Counted from the stretch's first letter, positions 28,396 to 38,907 are shown. The stretch is DNA of 64,000 nucleotides from an uncultured Acidobacteriota bacterium (GCA_963702425.1 CAVPCQ010000038.1:1-64000); one strand, 5' to 3'. The notes: generated from the sequence alone by a model not told the origin. Numbers and translations: made by a program.

Positions 28396-29634
28396 ATGCC
28401 TGCCGCCCGTACCCTGCGCACCGCCCTGACCTGGCTCGTGATCCTCGCGCTGCTCGGCACCGCGGCCTGGTACTTCCTGTTGCGCGAGAAGAAAGAGGAC
28501 GCCCCCGTCTACCGGACCGAGGCGCTGACGAAGGGCGACGTCACCTCGTCCGTGACCGCGACCGGCACGCTGTCCGCCGTGACCACCGTTCAGGTCGGAA
28601 GCCAGGTCTCGGGGATCATCTCGAGGCTGTACGCCGACTTCAACAGCCGGGTGCAGAAGAACCAGCTGCTGGCGGAGCTCGATCCGACGCCGTTCCTCGC
28701 GCAGGTCGAGCAGCGCCGCGCCGACCTCGCGCGGGCCGAGGTCAACGCCCGCAACAGCAAGGTCACCTACGAGCGCCAGAAGCGGCTCTCCGAGGAAGGG
28801 CTCTCGGCCGCGACCGAGTACGACGCCGCGAAGGCGGCGTACCAGGTGGACGACGCGGTCGTCCGGCAGCTGGAGGCCGCGCTGAGCCAGTCCGAGACCA
28901 ATCTGCGCTACACGAAGATCCTCTCGCCGATCGACGGCGTGGTCGTGGACCGGCAGTACGACGTGGGCCAGACGGTCGCCGCGTCGTTCCAGGCGCCGAC
29001 GCTCTTCACGATCGCCCAGGACCTGACGGAGATGCAGGTCCAGGCCGACGTGGACCAGTCCGACATCGGGAAGGTCAGGATCGGTCTGCCCGTGCACTTC
29101 ACGGTCGACGCCTACCCGGAGCAGGAGTTCCGCGGCGCGATCACGCAGATCCGCCTCAACGCCACCGTGCAGCAGAACGTCATCACCTACCCGGTGATGA
29201 TCGAGGTCCCGAACCCGGGCGAGAAGCTGCGTCCGAAGATGACGGCCGACGTCACGATCGACATCGAGACCGTCAAGGACGCGCTGCGGATCCCCAACGC
29301 GGCGCTGCGCTTCCGGCCGCCGGAGTCGGCGACTGCCGGCGGCGAGGCTGCGTCGAATGGAACGGCGAGCGGCGGCACCGCCGCGGCCGCACCCGCCGCC
29401 GTCCCCGCGGCAGGGCCCGGCGGCCACGGCGGCGGCGGCCGGCGCGAGTCGACCGTCTACAGCCTCGGGCCGGACGGTGCGCTGAAGCCGTTCTCGGTCA
29501 CGACCGGGATCACCGATGGCCGGTTCACCGTCGTCGCGGGGGGCGACCTGAAGGAGGGGGACCAGGTCGTCGTCGGATCCCCGACGACGAAGGTCGAAGG
29601 CACCGGCCGTCCGCCGGGCATGGGCCGGATGTAG
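28396..29634 (+). CDS. Efflux periplasmic adaptor subunit (MacA/HlyD family)
   Basis: VTATGTL..VQVGSQVSG, SPIDGVV..GQTVAASFQAPTLF and LRIPNAALRF. Confidence 0.92.
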   Translation: MPAARTLRTALTWLVILALLGTAAWYFLLREKKEDAPVYRTEALTKGDVTSSVTATGTLSAVTTVQVGSQVSGIISRLYADFNSRVQKNQLLAELDPTPFLAQVEQRRADLARAEVNARNSKVTYERQKRLSEEGLSAATEYDAAKAAYQVDDAVVRQLEAALSQSETNLRYTKILSPIDGVVVDRQYDVGQTVAASFQAPTLFTIAQDLTEMQVQADVDQSDIGKVRIGLPVHFTVDAYPEQEFRGAITQIRLNATVQQNVITYPVMIEVPNPGEKLRPKMTADVTIDIETVKDALRIPNAALRFRPPESATAGGEAASNGTASGGTAAAAPAAVPAAGPGGHGGGGRRESTVYSLGPDGALKPFSVTTGITDGRFTVVAGGDLKEGDQVVVGSPTTKVEGTGRPPGMGRM

Positions 29635-29672
29635 GCCGGCGCACGCCGCCGGCCCGGAGCGAGACTGCCGCC

Positions 29673-30392
29673 ATGCCGCTCGTCGACATGCAGAAGATCG
29701 TCAAGATCTACGCCTCGGGCGACCTCGAGGTGCGGGCGCTCGACGGGATCGACCTGGCGATCGCCGCCGGCGAGTTCGTGGCCGTCATCGGTCCGTCCGG
29801 ATCCGGCAAGTCGACGCTGATGAACATCCTCGGCTGCCTCGACCGGCCGACCGAGGGGACCTACCGGCTCGATGGCGTCGACGTCTCGGAGATGAGCGCC
29901 AACCAGCGGGCCGAGATCCGCAACTCGCGCCTGGGATTCGTCTACCAGAACTTCAACCTGCTCTCGCGCACGACCGCGCTCGAGAACGTCGAGCTGCCGC
30001 TGATCTACGGCCAGGCGCCGCTGTCGGCCCGCCAGCGGCGCGCGCGCGCGCGGGAGATCATCCGGCGCGTCGGGCTCGACGGCCGCGAGAAGCACACGCC
30101 GGCGCAGCTCTCGGGCGGCCAGCAGCAGCGGGTAGCGATCGCGCGGGCGCTGATCACCGACCCGCCGGTGATCCTCGCCGACGAGCCGACCGGCAACCTC
30201 GACACGCGCACCTCGCAGGAGGTGATGGAGATCTTCGAGCGGCTCAACGACGAGGGGAAGACCGTGGTCATCATCACGCACGAGCACGACATCGCCGCGT
30301 ACGCGCGGCGGGTCGTGGCCTTCCGCGACGGGAAGATCGTGCAGGACGCCCCGCTCGAGGAGCGCCGGCGCGCGCAGGCGGCGCAGCCGTGA
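29673..30392 (+). CDS. ABC transporter ATP-binding protein (MacB/LolD type)
   Basis: [24 protein letters not shown] and [11 protein letters not shown]. Confidence 0.95.
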   Translation: MPLVDMQKIVKIYASGDLEVRALDGIDLAIAAGEFVAVIGPSGSGKSTLMNILGCLDRPTEGTYRLDGVDVSEMSANQRAEIRNSRLGFVYQNFNLLSRTTALENVELPLIYGQAPLSARQRRARAREIIRRVGLDGREKHTPAQLSGGQQQRVAIARALITDPPVILADEPTGNLDTRTSQEVMEIFERLNDEGKTVVIITHEHDIAAYARRVVAFRDGKIVQDAPLEERRRAQAAQP

Positions 30393-31618
30393 CCGGCCTG
30401 CAGCGGGTGCTGTCGATCGTGAGGATCGGTCTGCGCGCGATCCTGCGGCACAAGCTGCGCTCGTTCCTCACCGTGCTGGGGATCGTGATCGGCGTCGGCT
30501 GCGTGATCACGATGGTCGCGATCGCGACCGGCGCCTCGAAGGCGATCCAGTCGTCGATCAACTCGCTCGGCTCGAACTTCATCATGATCTTCCCCGGTGC
30601 CGTGACGCAGTCGGGGGCGCGGATCTTCACCGGCCAGTCGTCGCTGACGGAGGAGGACGCGGCCGCGATCAAGGCCGAATGCCCGTCGGTGGCCTACGTC
30701 TCCGCCGGGGCGCGCACCTCGGCGCAGGTCGTCGCTGGCGAGGAGAACTGGGGGACCCAGATCCAGGGCGCGGACGTCGACTGGCCCTTCATCCGGGCCT
30801 GGAACATGGCCGAGGGGGCGTTTTTCACCGAAGGGGACGTCAAGTCCGCGGCCAAGGTTGCCGTGCTGGGCAAGACCGTCTCCGACGCGCTGTTTCCACA
30901 GGGCGGACCGGTCGGCCAGACGATCCGGATCAAGAACGTCCCCTTCCGGGTCGTCGGCGTGCTCGAGGGGAAGGGCGGCTCACAGATGGGGCAGGACCAG
31001 GACGACGTGATCATCGCGCCCTACACGACCCTGCTCAAGCGCCTGGAGAGCCACTCCCACCGGCTCGGCGTCATCCTCGTCGCCGCGGCCGACCCGTCGC
31101 TGGTGCCCCAGGCGATGGGCGAGATCGAGGCCCTGCTGCGCCAGCGGCGCCGGCTGCAGCCCGGGCAGGACAACGACTTCATGATGCGCTCCCAGGAGGA
31201 GATCTCCTCGATCGCGAGCCAGAGCGTCAACACCTTCTCCACCCTGCTCGGCTCGGTGGCGGCGATCTCGCTGCTGGTCGGCGGGATCGGGATCATGAAC
31301 ATCATGCTGGTCTCGGTGACCGAGCGGACGCGCGAGATCGGGATCCGGATGGCGGTCGGCGCCAAGGGGCGCGACGTGCTGTCGCAGTTCCTGATCGAGG
31401 CGGTCGTGCTGTCGCTCGTCGGCGGCGTGATCGGGATCGGCGCCGGAGTGCTGGTCAGCCGGATCATCGCCGACAGCGCCGGCTGGCCGGTCGAGGTCAC
31501 GCCCGGATCGATCGCCATGGCCTTCGGCACGGCGGCGCTGATCGGGATCTTCTTCGGCTTCTACCCGGCGCGGAAGGCCAGCAAGCTCGACCCGATCGAC
31601 GCGCTGCGGTACGAGTGA
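30389..31618 (+). CDS. ABC transporter permease (MacB/FtsX family)
   Basis: [35 protein letters not shown] and [17 protein letters not shown]. Confidence 0.95.
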   Translation: MTGLQRVLSIVRIGLRAILRHKLRSFLTVLGIVIGVGCVITMVAIATGASKAIQSSINSLGSNFIMIFPGAVTQSGARIFTGQSSLTEEDAAAIKAECPSVAYVSAGARTSAQVVAGEENWGTQIQGADVDWPFIRAWNMAEGAFFTEGDVKSAAKVAVLGKTVSDALFPQGGPVGQTIRIKNVPFRVVGVLEGKGGSQMGQDQDDVIIAPYTTLLKRLESHSHRLGVILVAAADPSLVPQAMGEIEALLRQRRRLQPGQDNDFMMRSQEEISSIASQSVNTFSTLLGSVAAISLLVGGIGIMNIMLVSVTERTREIGIRMAVGAKGRDVLSQFLIEAVVLSLVGGVIGIGAGVLVSRIIADSAGWPVEVTPGSIAMAFGTAALIGIFFGFYPARKASKLDPIDALRYE

Positions 31619-31640
31619 GCCGGACCGGCCGCGGGGAGGG

Positions 31641-33209
31641 ATGATCGGGATGGGGGCAGAGCACGACGCGAAGGCGGGCGAGCGCGGCGGCTTCGTGCGC
31701 GAGCTCGGTCTCCTCGACTCGACGATGATCGTCGCCGGCTCGATGATCGGTTCGGGGATCTTCATCGTCTCGGCCGACATGGCGCGGCTGCTCGGCTCGG
31801 GAGGCTGGCTGCTGGCGGCGTGGGCCGTCACCGGGCTGCTCACCGTCGCCGGGGCGCTCTCGTACGGCGAGCTGGCCTCGATGATGCCACAGGCCGGCGG
31901 CCAGTACGTCTTCCTGCGCGAGGCCTATTCGCCGCTCTGGGGCTTCCTGTACGGCTGGACGCTGTTCCTGGTGATCCAGACCGGAACGATCGCCGCGGTC
32001 GGGGTCGCTTTCGCCCGCTTCCTGGGCGTCCTCTTTCCGTGGATCTCGCCGTCCTCCTGGATCGTCAGCCCGATCCACCTCTCCGACGGCTACGCGCTGA
32101 GCCTCTCGACGCAGCAGCTCGTGGGGATCCTGTCGATCGTGCTGCTCACGGCGGTCAACACGCGCGGGATCCACCTCGGCAAGCTGCTCCAGAACACCGT
32201 GACGTCCGCCAAGACGCTGGCTCTCGTGGCGGTGATCGTGCTCGGCATCGTGCTTGGCCGGAACACTGCTGCAATCACCGCCAACTTCGCGGGCTTCTGG
32301 GACACCGCCGGCGCCGAGACGACGGTCACCTCGCGCTTCTCGTTCCTGCCGCCGCTCTCGGCCGGGAGCGGCGCGCTCGGGCTGCTCGTGGCGTTCTGCG
32401 TCGCGCAGGTCGGCTCGCTGTTCTCGTCCGACGCCTGGAACAACATCACCTTTGCCGCGGGCGAGGTGAAGGACCCGCGGCGCACCGTGCCGCGGGCGCT
32501 GGCCGCCGGAACCGGCCTGGTGATCGCGCTCTACCTGCTGGCCAACCTCGCCTACCTGCTGGTGCTGCCGCTCGCCGGGATCCAGCACGCCCCCGACGAC
32601 CGAGTCGGCACGGCGGTGCTGGACGTGATCTTCGGCCCCGCCGGCGCGACGATCATGGCGATCGCGATCGCGGTTTCGACCTTCGGCTGCAACAACGGGC
32701 TGATCCTGGCGGGGGCGCGGGTCTATTACGTGATGGCGCGTGACGGCCTCTTCTTTCGCGGCGTCGGCCGTCTCAATGCGCGGCGCGTGCCGGCGGCAGG
32801 GCTGGTCGCGCAGGGGATCTGGGCGTCGCTCCTGATCCTGCCGCGGACCCGCCTGGGCGCCGGCCCTGGCGGCGAGGAGCGCTATGGCAACCTCTACGGC
32901 AACCTGCTCGACTACGTCGTCTTCGCGGTCCTGATCTTCTACGTGCTGACGATCGTCGCACTCTTCGTGCTGCGCCGGACCCGTCCCGACGCCGAGCGGC
33001 CGTACCGTGCGTGGGGCTATCCGGTGGTGCCGCTGCTCTACATCGTGACCGCGTGCGTGATCATGGCCGTACTGGTGGCCTACCGCAGCGAAACCACCTG
33101 GCCGGGTCTGGTCATCGTGCTCAGCGGCCTGCCGGCCTACTGGATCTGGAAGCGGCTGGGGGCGCCGGCAAGCGAGAGGGCGGCAGGGCAGGCGGGGGAG
33201 GAGACGTAG
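31641..33209 (+). CDS. APC-family amino acid permease
   Basis: GSMIGSGIF, GELASMMPQAGGQYVFL and ERPYRAWGYP. Confidence 0.92.
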   Translation: MIGMGAEHDAKAGERGGFVRELGLLDSTMIVAGSMIGSGIFIVSADMARLLGSGGWLLAAWAVTGLLTVAGALSYGELASMMPQAGGQYVFLREAYSPLWGFLYGWTLFLVIQTGTIAAVGVAFARFLGVLFPWISPSSWIVSPIHLSDGYALSLSTQQLVGILSIVLLTAVNTRGIHLGKLLQNTVTSAKTLALVAVIVLGIVLGRNTAAITANFAGFWDTAGAETTVTSRFSFLPPLSAGSGALGLLVAFCVAQVGSLFSSDAWNNITFAAGEVKDPRRTVPRALAAGTGLVIALYLLANLAYLLVLPLAGIQHAPDDRVGTAVLDVIFGPAGATIMAIAIAVSTFGCNNGLILAGARVYYVMARDGLFFRGVGRLNARRVPAAGLVAQGIWASLLILPRTRLGAGPGGEERYGNLYGNLLDYVVFAVLIFYVLTIVALFVLRRTRPDAERPYRAWGYPVVPLLYIVTACVIMAVLVAYRSETTWPGLVIVLSGLPAYWIWKRLGAPASERAAGQAGEET

Positions 33210-33248
33210 GGCCGGTGGAAAGGCGGGCGCGGGCAACCGCCGCCTCCG

Positions 33249-33809
33249 TCACCCGGCGAACAACGCAGCCAGCGGGACCTCGAGCCCCGGGAAGAGCCCG
33301 GGACGGAAGACGTCGCTCCGGTCCGCGATGGTGACCTGCTGGTAGCGGCCGCCGTCGAGCTGGAACTCCTCGAGCGATTCCGTGTCCGGGTCCACGATCC
33401 AGTACCAGGACACGCCGCGCCGCGCATAGACCCGCATCTTGCGCACCCGGTCGTGTCCCCGCGACCCCTCCGAGAGGACCTCGACGACCAGGTCCGGCGG
33501 CCCCACGCCCCGCTTCGCCGTGACCCGGTCGGCGTGCTCCGGCGCGACGTAGAGCAGGTCCGGCTGGAACACGTTCGTGTCCTCGAGGACGACGTCGAAG
33601 GGAGCGAACAAAAGCAGCCCGCCGGGCCCCTGGCTGACGTGCCCGTGGAGCAGCACGAACAGCTCTCCGAGAATCCTCTGGTGCCGCAACGCGGGGGCGT
33701 TCATCTCGACGAGTTCCCCTTCGATCACCTGGTAGCGCCGCCCGTCGTCGGGGAGCGCGAGGTAATCGGCGAAGGTGAAGGGGACCTTCTCGCCGGCCGC
33801 GTGGCTCAT
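33249..33809 (-). CDS. Uma2-family endonuclease
   Basis: RYQVIEGEL, QPDLLYV, PDLVVEVLS..DRVRK..Y..GV..YWIVDP. Confidence 0.9.
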   Translation of the reverse strand: MSHAAGEKVPFTFADYLALPDDGRRYQVIEGELVEMNAPALRHQRILGELFVLLHGHVSQGPGGLLLFAPFDVVLEDTNVFQPDLLYVAPEHADRVTAKRGVGPPDLVVEVLSEGSRGHDRVRKMRVYARRGVSWYWIVDPDTESLEEFQLDGGRYQQVTIADRSDVFRPGLFPGLEVPLAALFAG

Positions 33810-33936
33810 TCGCTGACCTCTCGAAAGAAATGGTACGGCCGGGCGCGAACGGCGCGCAAGCCGCCATCGCGGGCTCCGTCCCACGCGCGGGAGCGGACGC
33901 GCGCGGGACCGCGCGCCCGACGGTTTGCAGCCGCGC

Positions 33937-36900
33937 TCAGCGCGCCGGCAGCCCCTTTCTCGGCAGCGGCGGGACCGGCGGGAGCGGCCGCGGATCCTCG
34001 GCGATCTTCTTCCGCAGCAGCGCGATCGCCGCCTCGAGCTGCGCGTCCTTCCCATCCCACGTCGCACGGGGAAGGTTGTCGACGACGACGTCGGGCTCGA
34101 CGCCGTGCCCCTCGATCAGCCAGGTCCCTTCCGGACCGAAGACGCCGTACTCCGCCGCCGTCGCGATCCCGCGGTCGACCAGGACGTTGCTCGACGAGAG
34201 CCAGATCTCGCCGCCCCAGGTCCGCGTGCCGAGGACCGGCCCGAGCTCGAGCCGCCGGAATCCCTCCGCGAACGCCTCGCCGTCGGAGGAGGTCCCCTCG
34301 TCCACCAGCACGACGACGTGGCCGCGGAAGGCGTACTGCATGTTCCAGGACGGCGCGCGCCCGGCGCGCTGGCTCCAGTAGAACCAGGCCCGGCGCAGCA
34401 GGCGCGACAGGATCCAACTGTCGATGTTGCCGCCCCGGTTGTGGCGCACGTCGATGATCAGTCCCTGGCGCGTGAACGAGGGGTAGTAGTCGCGGGCCCA
34501 CGCCGAGTAGTCGTCGCCCCCCATCGCGCGCAGATGGACGTAGCCGATCGTGCTGCCGCTCGCCTCGTCTGTCCTGAGGCGGCGCGTGTACTCCCACTCG
34601 TGGTAGCGGCGGTCCGCGTCATCGTCGGGCGTCAGCGGCTGGACGATCACCTCGCGCGGCGCGCCGCCGCCGGCGGGCTTGACCGAGAGCAGCACCTGGC
34701 GGCCCGCCTTGGCGCGCAGCAGCGCGCCCGGATCGGGCGACGAGAGGGTCGCGACGCCGTCGATCGCCAGGATCACGTCCCCCGGCTTCACGTCGACCCC
34801 CGGCCGCGCGAGCGGCGAGGCCAGCTCCGGCCGGTCGGGATCGGACCGGTAGATCGACTCTACGACGAGCCCGCCCCGCTCCGGGTCTCGGGCGAGCCGC
34901 GCTCCGAGGAAAGCCGGGGCCGGCTCGACGTCTCCCTTCCGCGCGTCGCCCCCGTAGACGAAGGTGTGCAGCGCCTCGACCTCGCTGACCATCTGCGCCA
35001 GCAGGTCGGACAGCTCGGCCCGGCTGTGGACGCGGTCGACGAGCGGCAGGTAGCGCGCCTTCATCCCGCTCCAGTCGATCCCGTGCATCGCCTGGTCATA
35101 GAAGTAGTCGCGCTCGAGGCGCCAGGCCTCGTTGAACATCTGCCGCCACTCCTCCCGCGGGTCGACCGGCAGCGTGAAGGCCGTGAGATCGACCTTCTTC
35201 TTGTCGAGGTCGGTGACCGGCGCGGCCGCGGCGTCGAAGACGTAGAGCGCGTCGTCCTTGCGGACGAGGAGCTTCTTGCCGTCCGCGCTGGGCTCGGCCG
35301 AGAGCACGCCGGCGAGCACCGTCTTGACCTCCGGCTTCTCGTTCGTGATCTCGAGCGCCTGGAGGTCCGCCTTCGCGCGCTCGCCGGCGGTCGACGACAG
35401 CCAGTAGAGCGCCTTCTCGGTGACGAACAGGCCGCGGAAGTTGCCGGGCGGGACGGGGACCTCGAGCAGCCGCGCCGCGAGGCCGTCGGGATCGACGGTG
35501 GTGGGGGGCGGGGTGTCTGGCTTGACCTCCGGCGAGCCGTCGCTGCGCTTTCCGCTGCTCTTTCCCTGCTCTCCCTTCTCTGTCTTGTCGCGCTTCTCGC
35601 CGTTCTCCCGGTTCGCGTCCTTCACCTCCTTCTTCTCTGCAGGGGGATGCAGCTCGTCCGCCGGCTCGAACGGCGACCGCAGGTCCGGCGCCAGCGCCAG
35701 CAGGTAGACGCGCGTCGTCTTGTCGAAGTAGGGCTCGGGCTGCATCAGTCCCCAGGGGCCCGGGACGAGCGAATTGAGGTTCCGCTCGGAGAGGAAGGCG
35801 AGCCACTTTCCATCCGCCGAGAACGCCGGGGACGAACTGTCGTAACGGTCGGTCGTCGCGAAGAGCGCCGCGCCCCCCTCGACCGGGTAGAGCTTCACGC
35901 GCCGGTTGAGGTTGTCGCCGGGGACCGCGGCCGCGAGCCAGCGACCGTCGGGCGACCAGGCGAGGTCCTCGATGTCGGCAATCGCGGACTCCTCCAGCTT
36001 CCGGGTCGCGCCCGTCGCCTGGTCGGTGATCCACAGCCGCTGGTTCTTGTCGGTGTGCGCGATCCGCTTGCCGTCGGGGGAGGGGAGCGCGATCCAGCGC
36101 AGCACCTCGCCGCCCCTCGTCACCTGACGCGCGTCGCCGACGCCGTTGGCGGGAAGCGTCCAGAGCTCGACCTCGCCCGACTCGTCCGAGAGCGCGACCA
36201 GCGACTTGCCGTCGGGCAAGAAACGCGCGTCGCGGAAGCGCACGCCCGGCCGGCGCGAGGCCTCGACGAATCGCCCGGGGCCCACCGGTGCGACGAACAC
36301 CTGCCCGCGCGCGGTGAGCACCACGCGCTTGCCGTCGGGCGACAGGTGCGCCGAGGTCGTCCAGGTGAGCGGATCCTTGACGGTCCGCTCGCGCGTCTGG
36401 TCGAGGTCGGAGCCGAGCGTGATCGCCAGCGGCGTCTCCGTTCCGGCGGCGATGTCGAAGAGGAACAGGTCGGCGCCGGAGCGGAAGGCGATCCGTCCCG
36501 CGTCGAGCGACGCCTCGGCGATTTCCCAGCTGCGCTTGGTGTGCTGCCGCAGATCCTTCCCGTCGCCGGTCATCGACCAGAGGTTCATCGTGCCGTCGCG
36601 ATCGGAGAGGAAGTAGACCCGCTCGTTCCAGACCATCGGGCCCTTGCTCGTGCCGGGGTAGTCGCCGGTCAGGAGCACCGCTTCCGCGGCGCCGCCGTCC
36701 CAGCGCCAGATCTGCTGCACGGTGCCGCCGCGGTAGCGCTTGGTGTGGCTCCCCTGGAACGGCAGCCGCGTGAAGTAGAGCGCCGTTCCGGCCTCGTTCC
36801 ACGCGCCGTCGGCGGCCTGCGCCAGCGGGATCGGCTGCGACGATCCCGACGCCGGATCGAGCGTCTCGAGCTGGACGGACGGCAGGGTGGAGCGCGCGGT

Positions 36901-37341
36901 GGTGGCGTAGAGCACGCGGCCGTCCTTCGTCCAGCCGGCGACGGTCGGCGTGCCCCCTCCACTCGACGCCTGCCAGGTGTGCCGCATCGGCGGGCCGCCG
37001 GCGAGAGGCATCGTGTAGACCTCGGCCGGGCCGTCGTAGCGGGCGACGAAGGCCACGGTCGTCCCGTCGGGCGAGATCGCCGGGGATCCCTCTCCGGCGG
37101 CGTCGGTCGTCAGCCGGGCCGCGACCCCGCCGCGCGCGGAGACCCTCCATAGGTCCCCCTCCGAGACGAACACGATCGTCTCGCCGCGCAGCGAGGGCTG
37201 GCGGTAGTAACCGAGCGGGGCCGCGGGAGGTGCGGGGCGGGCCGCCGCAGCGGCGGTTTCAGCGGCCGGGGACGTCGTTCCGGTCGCAAGGCCCGGAAGC
37301 GCAAGAGACAGACCACACGCGAGCAGGGCAGAGCGCGTCAT
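33937..37341 (-). CDS. Tricorn-like S41 protease (beta-propellers, PDZ, S41)
   Basis: Signal peptide, PD40-type repeats, EAWRLERDYFY, IGYVHL, DVRHNRGG, SSDGE, GTRTWGG and EGHGVEPD. Confidence 0.93.
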   Translation of the reverse strand: MTRSALLACGLSLALPGLATGTTSPAAETAAAAARPAPPAAPLGYYRQPSLRGETIVFVSEGDLWRVSARGGVAARLTTDAAGEGSPAISPDGTTVAFVARYDGPAEVYTMPLAGGPPMRHTWQASSGGGTPTVAGWTKDGRVLYATTARSTLPSVQLETLDPASGSSQPIPLAQAADGAWNEAGTALYFTRLPFQGSHTKRYRGGTVQQIWRWDGGAAEAVLLTGDYPGTSKGPMVWNERVYFLSDRDGTMNLWSMTGDGKDLRQHTKRSWEIAEASLDAGRIAFRSGADLFLFDIAAGTETPLAITLGSDLDQTRERTVKDPLTWTTSAHLSPDGKRVVLTARGQVFVAPVGPGRFVEASRRPGVRFRDARFLPDGKSLVALSDESGEVELWTLPANGVGDARQVTRGGEVLRWIALPSPDGKRIAHTDKNQRLWITDQATGATRKLEESAIADIEDLAWSPDGRWLAAAVPGDNLNRRVKLYPVEGGAALFATTDRYDSSSPAFSADGKWLAFLSERNLNSLVPGPWGLMQPEPYFDKTTRVYLLALAPDLRSPFEPADELHPPAEKKEVKDANRENGEKRDKTEKGEQGKSSGKRSDGSPEVKPDTPPPTTVDPDGLAARLLEVPVPPGNFRGLFVTEKALYWLSSTAGERAKADLQALEITNEKPEVKTVLAGVLSAEPSADGKKLLVRKDDALYVFDAAAAPVTDLDKKKVDLTAFTLPVDPREEWRQMFNEAWRLERDYFYDQAMHGIDWSGMKARYLPLVDRVHSRAELSDLLAQMVSEVEALHTFVYGGDARKGDVEPAPAFLGARLARDPERGGLVVESIYRSDPDRPELASPLARPGVDVKPGDVILAIDGVATLSSPDPGALLRAKAGRQVLLSVKPAGGGAPREVIVQPLTPDDDADRRYHEWEYTRRLRTDEASGSTIGYVHLRAMGGDDYSAWARDYYPSFTRQGLIIDVRHNRGGNIDSWILSRLLRRAWFYWSQRAGRAPSWNMQYAFRGHVVVLVDEGTSSDGEAFAEGFRRLELGPVLGTRTWGGEIWLSSSNVLVDRGIATAAEYGVFGPEGTWLIEGHGVEPDVVVDNLPRATWDGKDAQLEAAIALLRKKIAEDPRPLPPVPPLPRKGLPAR

Positions 37342-37438
37342 CGAACCTCCGGGTGCGTCGAGTGCCGCCGGGATGATAGCGGAGCGGGAGCGGCACGCGT
37401 CGCCCGCCGGAGGAGAGCGATCCGAGCCGGCGGCCGCA

Positions 37439-37522
37439 CGGCCGCTCCGCGCCGCCGCTCGTCCCGCGGCCGCTCCGCGCCGCCGTTCGTCCCGCGGCCG
37501 CTGCGCGCCGCCGTTCGTCCCG
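37439..37522 (+). repeat. 3 x 28-bp tandem repeat
   Basis: CGGCCGCT(C/G)CGCGCCGCCG(C/T)TCGTCCCG at 37439, 37467 and 37495. Confidence 0.9.
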
Positions 37523-37547
37523 CGGCTGCCGATACAGGGGGCCCGTC

Positions 37548-37778
37548 CGAATGCACATCCGGCGACAGAGGACCCCCTCGAATGCACACATCGTCCCCAG
37601 CGACGGCGTGATGACTCCCACCTTGAGCCCAAGTTCACCGCAAAGAGTCGCCGTGCGCCACCGCCGACCGGGTTCCGGTCGCGATCTTCCTGCCGGCGAG
37701 GGCCTGCTCAGCGCGGCGGTGTGCGTTCGAGGGGGTCCTCTGTCGCCGGATGTGCATTCGAGGGGGTCCTCTGTCGCC
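37548..37778. repeat. Long inverted repeat (42 bp, 1 mismatch) built from a 31-bp unit
   Basis: 37548-37589 is the reverse complement of 37719-37760; the unit GCATTCGAGGGGGTCCTCTGTCGCCGGATGT is tandem on the right arm. Confidence 0.85.
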
Positions 37779-38007
37779 ACGCCGACATTCGGCTGTGAAC
37801 GCTGTCGCGGTCTCTCGGCCCGGCCGCGGATCGTCGGGTCGGCCGGGGCCCCGCTTCGACCTGTCGCCGCCACGTCGCATGCCGGCGCCGACCACGGCGC
37901 CGGCCTCCGTGCCGCGTCGGTCCGGAACGTCGCGACCGGCAAGGGAGCGGGCCGCTCCCGGGCTAGAATCCGGACGGACCGGTTCCCGTCCCCGACGGAG
38001 TCCCATC

Positions 38008-38887
38008 GTGCGCCGCATGCTCCAGTTGCTGTCATCAGGGTGCCTCGCCGCACTCGCGGGCGGGTGCGCCGCCGCCGATTCGCCGGCAGCCGAGGAATGG
38101 GCGCGCTGGATGCTGCGCGGGCTGCCCGGGGTCTCGGTCGCGTGCACCCCGAAGCTGGAAAGCGACCCAGCCATGACCGTCCACTGCGTCGACCTGGAGA
38201 TGCCGTGGAACGAGTTTCGGCGGGAGTGGGAGTCCGCCCTCCGGTCGGCCGGCCGGTCGTTTCCCGACACGGGGTGGCTCGATGAGGGGAAGCTGAAGCG
38301 CCGGCGCTACATCGTCTTCGACGTGCCCGTCGACGTTTTTCGAGACTCCGCGGGCTCGGGCCTGGTGATCGCGGTCCCGCGCTTCTTCCTGGATTGCGAC
38401 GAGGTGAACTGGGGCGATGTGATCGACCTCGACCAGGACACCTCGGGGGAGATCACGCGCCCGCAGCTCGAGCACCGGGTCGAGGCCGTCTACCCGGAAC
38501 GCGAGCGCCGGGCCAGGCGCCTAGTGTCACGTAACCGAAGTCACGCTAACGCCGGGGCGGTCTGGCAAGCCGATGGCTGCGTTGCTCCTCCTTGCTGTAC
38601 GGTTCAGTACAGCGTCGTCGTCGCGCCTTGCCCTCGGCTCACCATCCTCGCCCTGGCATTAACCTGACTTCGGTTACGTGACACTAGGCAGGGTCTGGAT
38701 GATGGGACTGATCCGCACGGATGGGCACGTCGCGCCGCTCTGCATCAAGTCGTCGGAGGGCGCCACGCCCGCGATGAACTCCGCCGCGCTGCGCGCGCTC
38801 GCGCAGTGGCGCTACGCGCCGGCGCTGCGGGACGGCCAGCCGATCGCGGTGCGATTCGTGGTGGCCATCAGTTTCTCCGTCCGCTAG
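38008..38887 (+). pseudogene. TonB C-terminal-domain exported protein disrupted by a MITE
   Basis: Removing 163 bp restores ...VEAVYPERERRARRLGRVWMMGLIRTDGHV...QWRYAPALRDGQPIAVRFVVAISF (TonB_C); lipobox-like LAGGC. Confidence 0.8.
38521..38687. mobile_element. MITE copy 1 (23-bp perfect terminal inverted repeat including CTAG)
   Basis: CTAGTGTCACGTAACCGAAGTCA...TGACTTCGGTTACGTGACACTAG; differs from 60676-60842 at 2 nt. Confidence 0.92.
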
Positions 38888-38907
38888 ACGCGGCGGCGCA
38901 CCGGCAC

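Noticed and set aside
33249..33809. Uma2 nuclease as a defence system
   Set aside because: Solitary, very common paralogous family with no accompanying defence genes
37439..37778. CRISPR array or tRNA
   Set aside because: Repeats are directly abutting or inverted with no spacers; no cloverleaf or T-loop context despite GTTCGA at ~37725
38521..38687. Integron attC site, or a conserved small protein (ORFs 37750-38667 and 60433-60822 share a C-terminus)
   Set aside because: No integrase or cassette array; the shared peptide is read-through into the MITE; the target duplication indicates transposition
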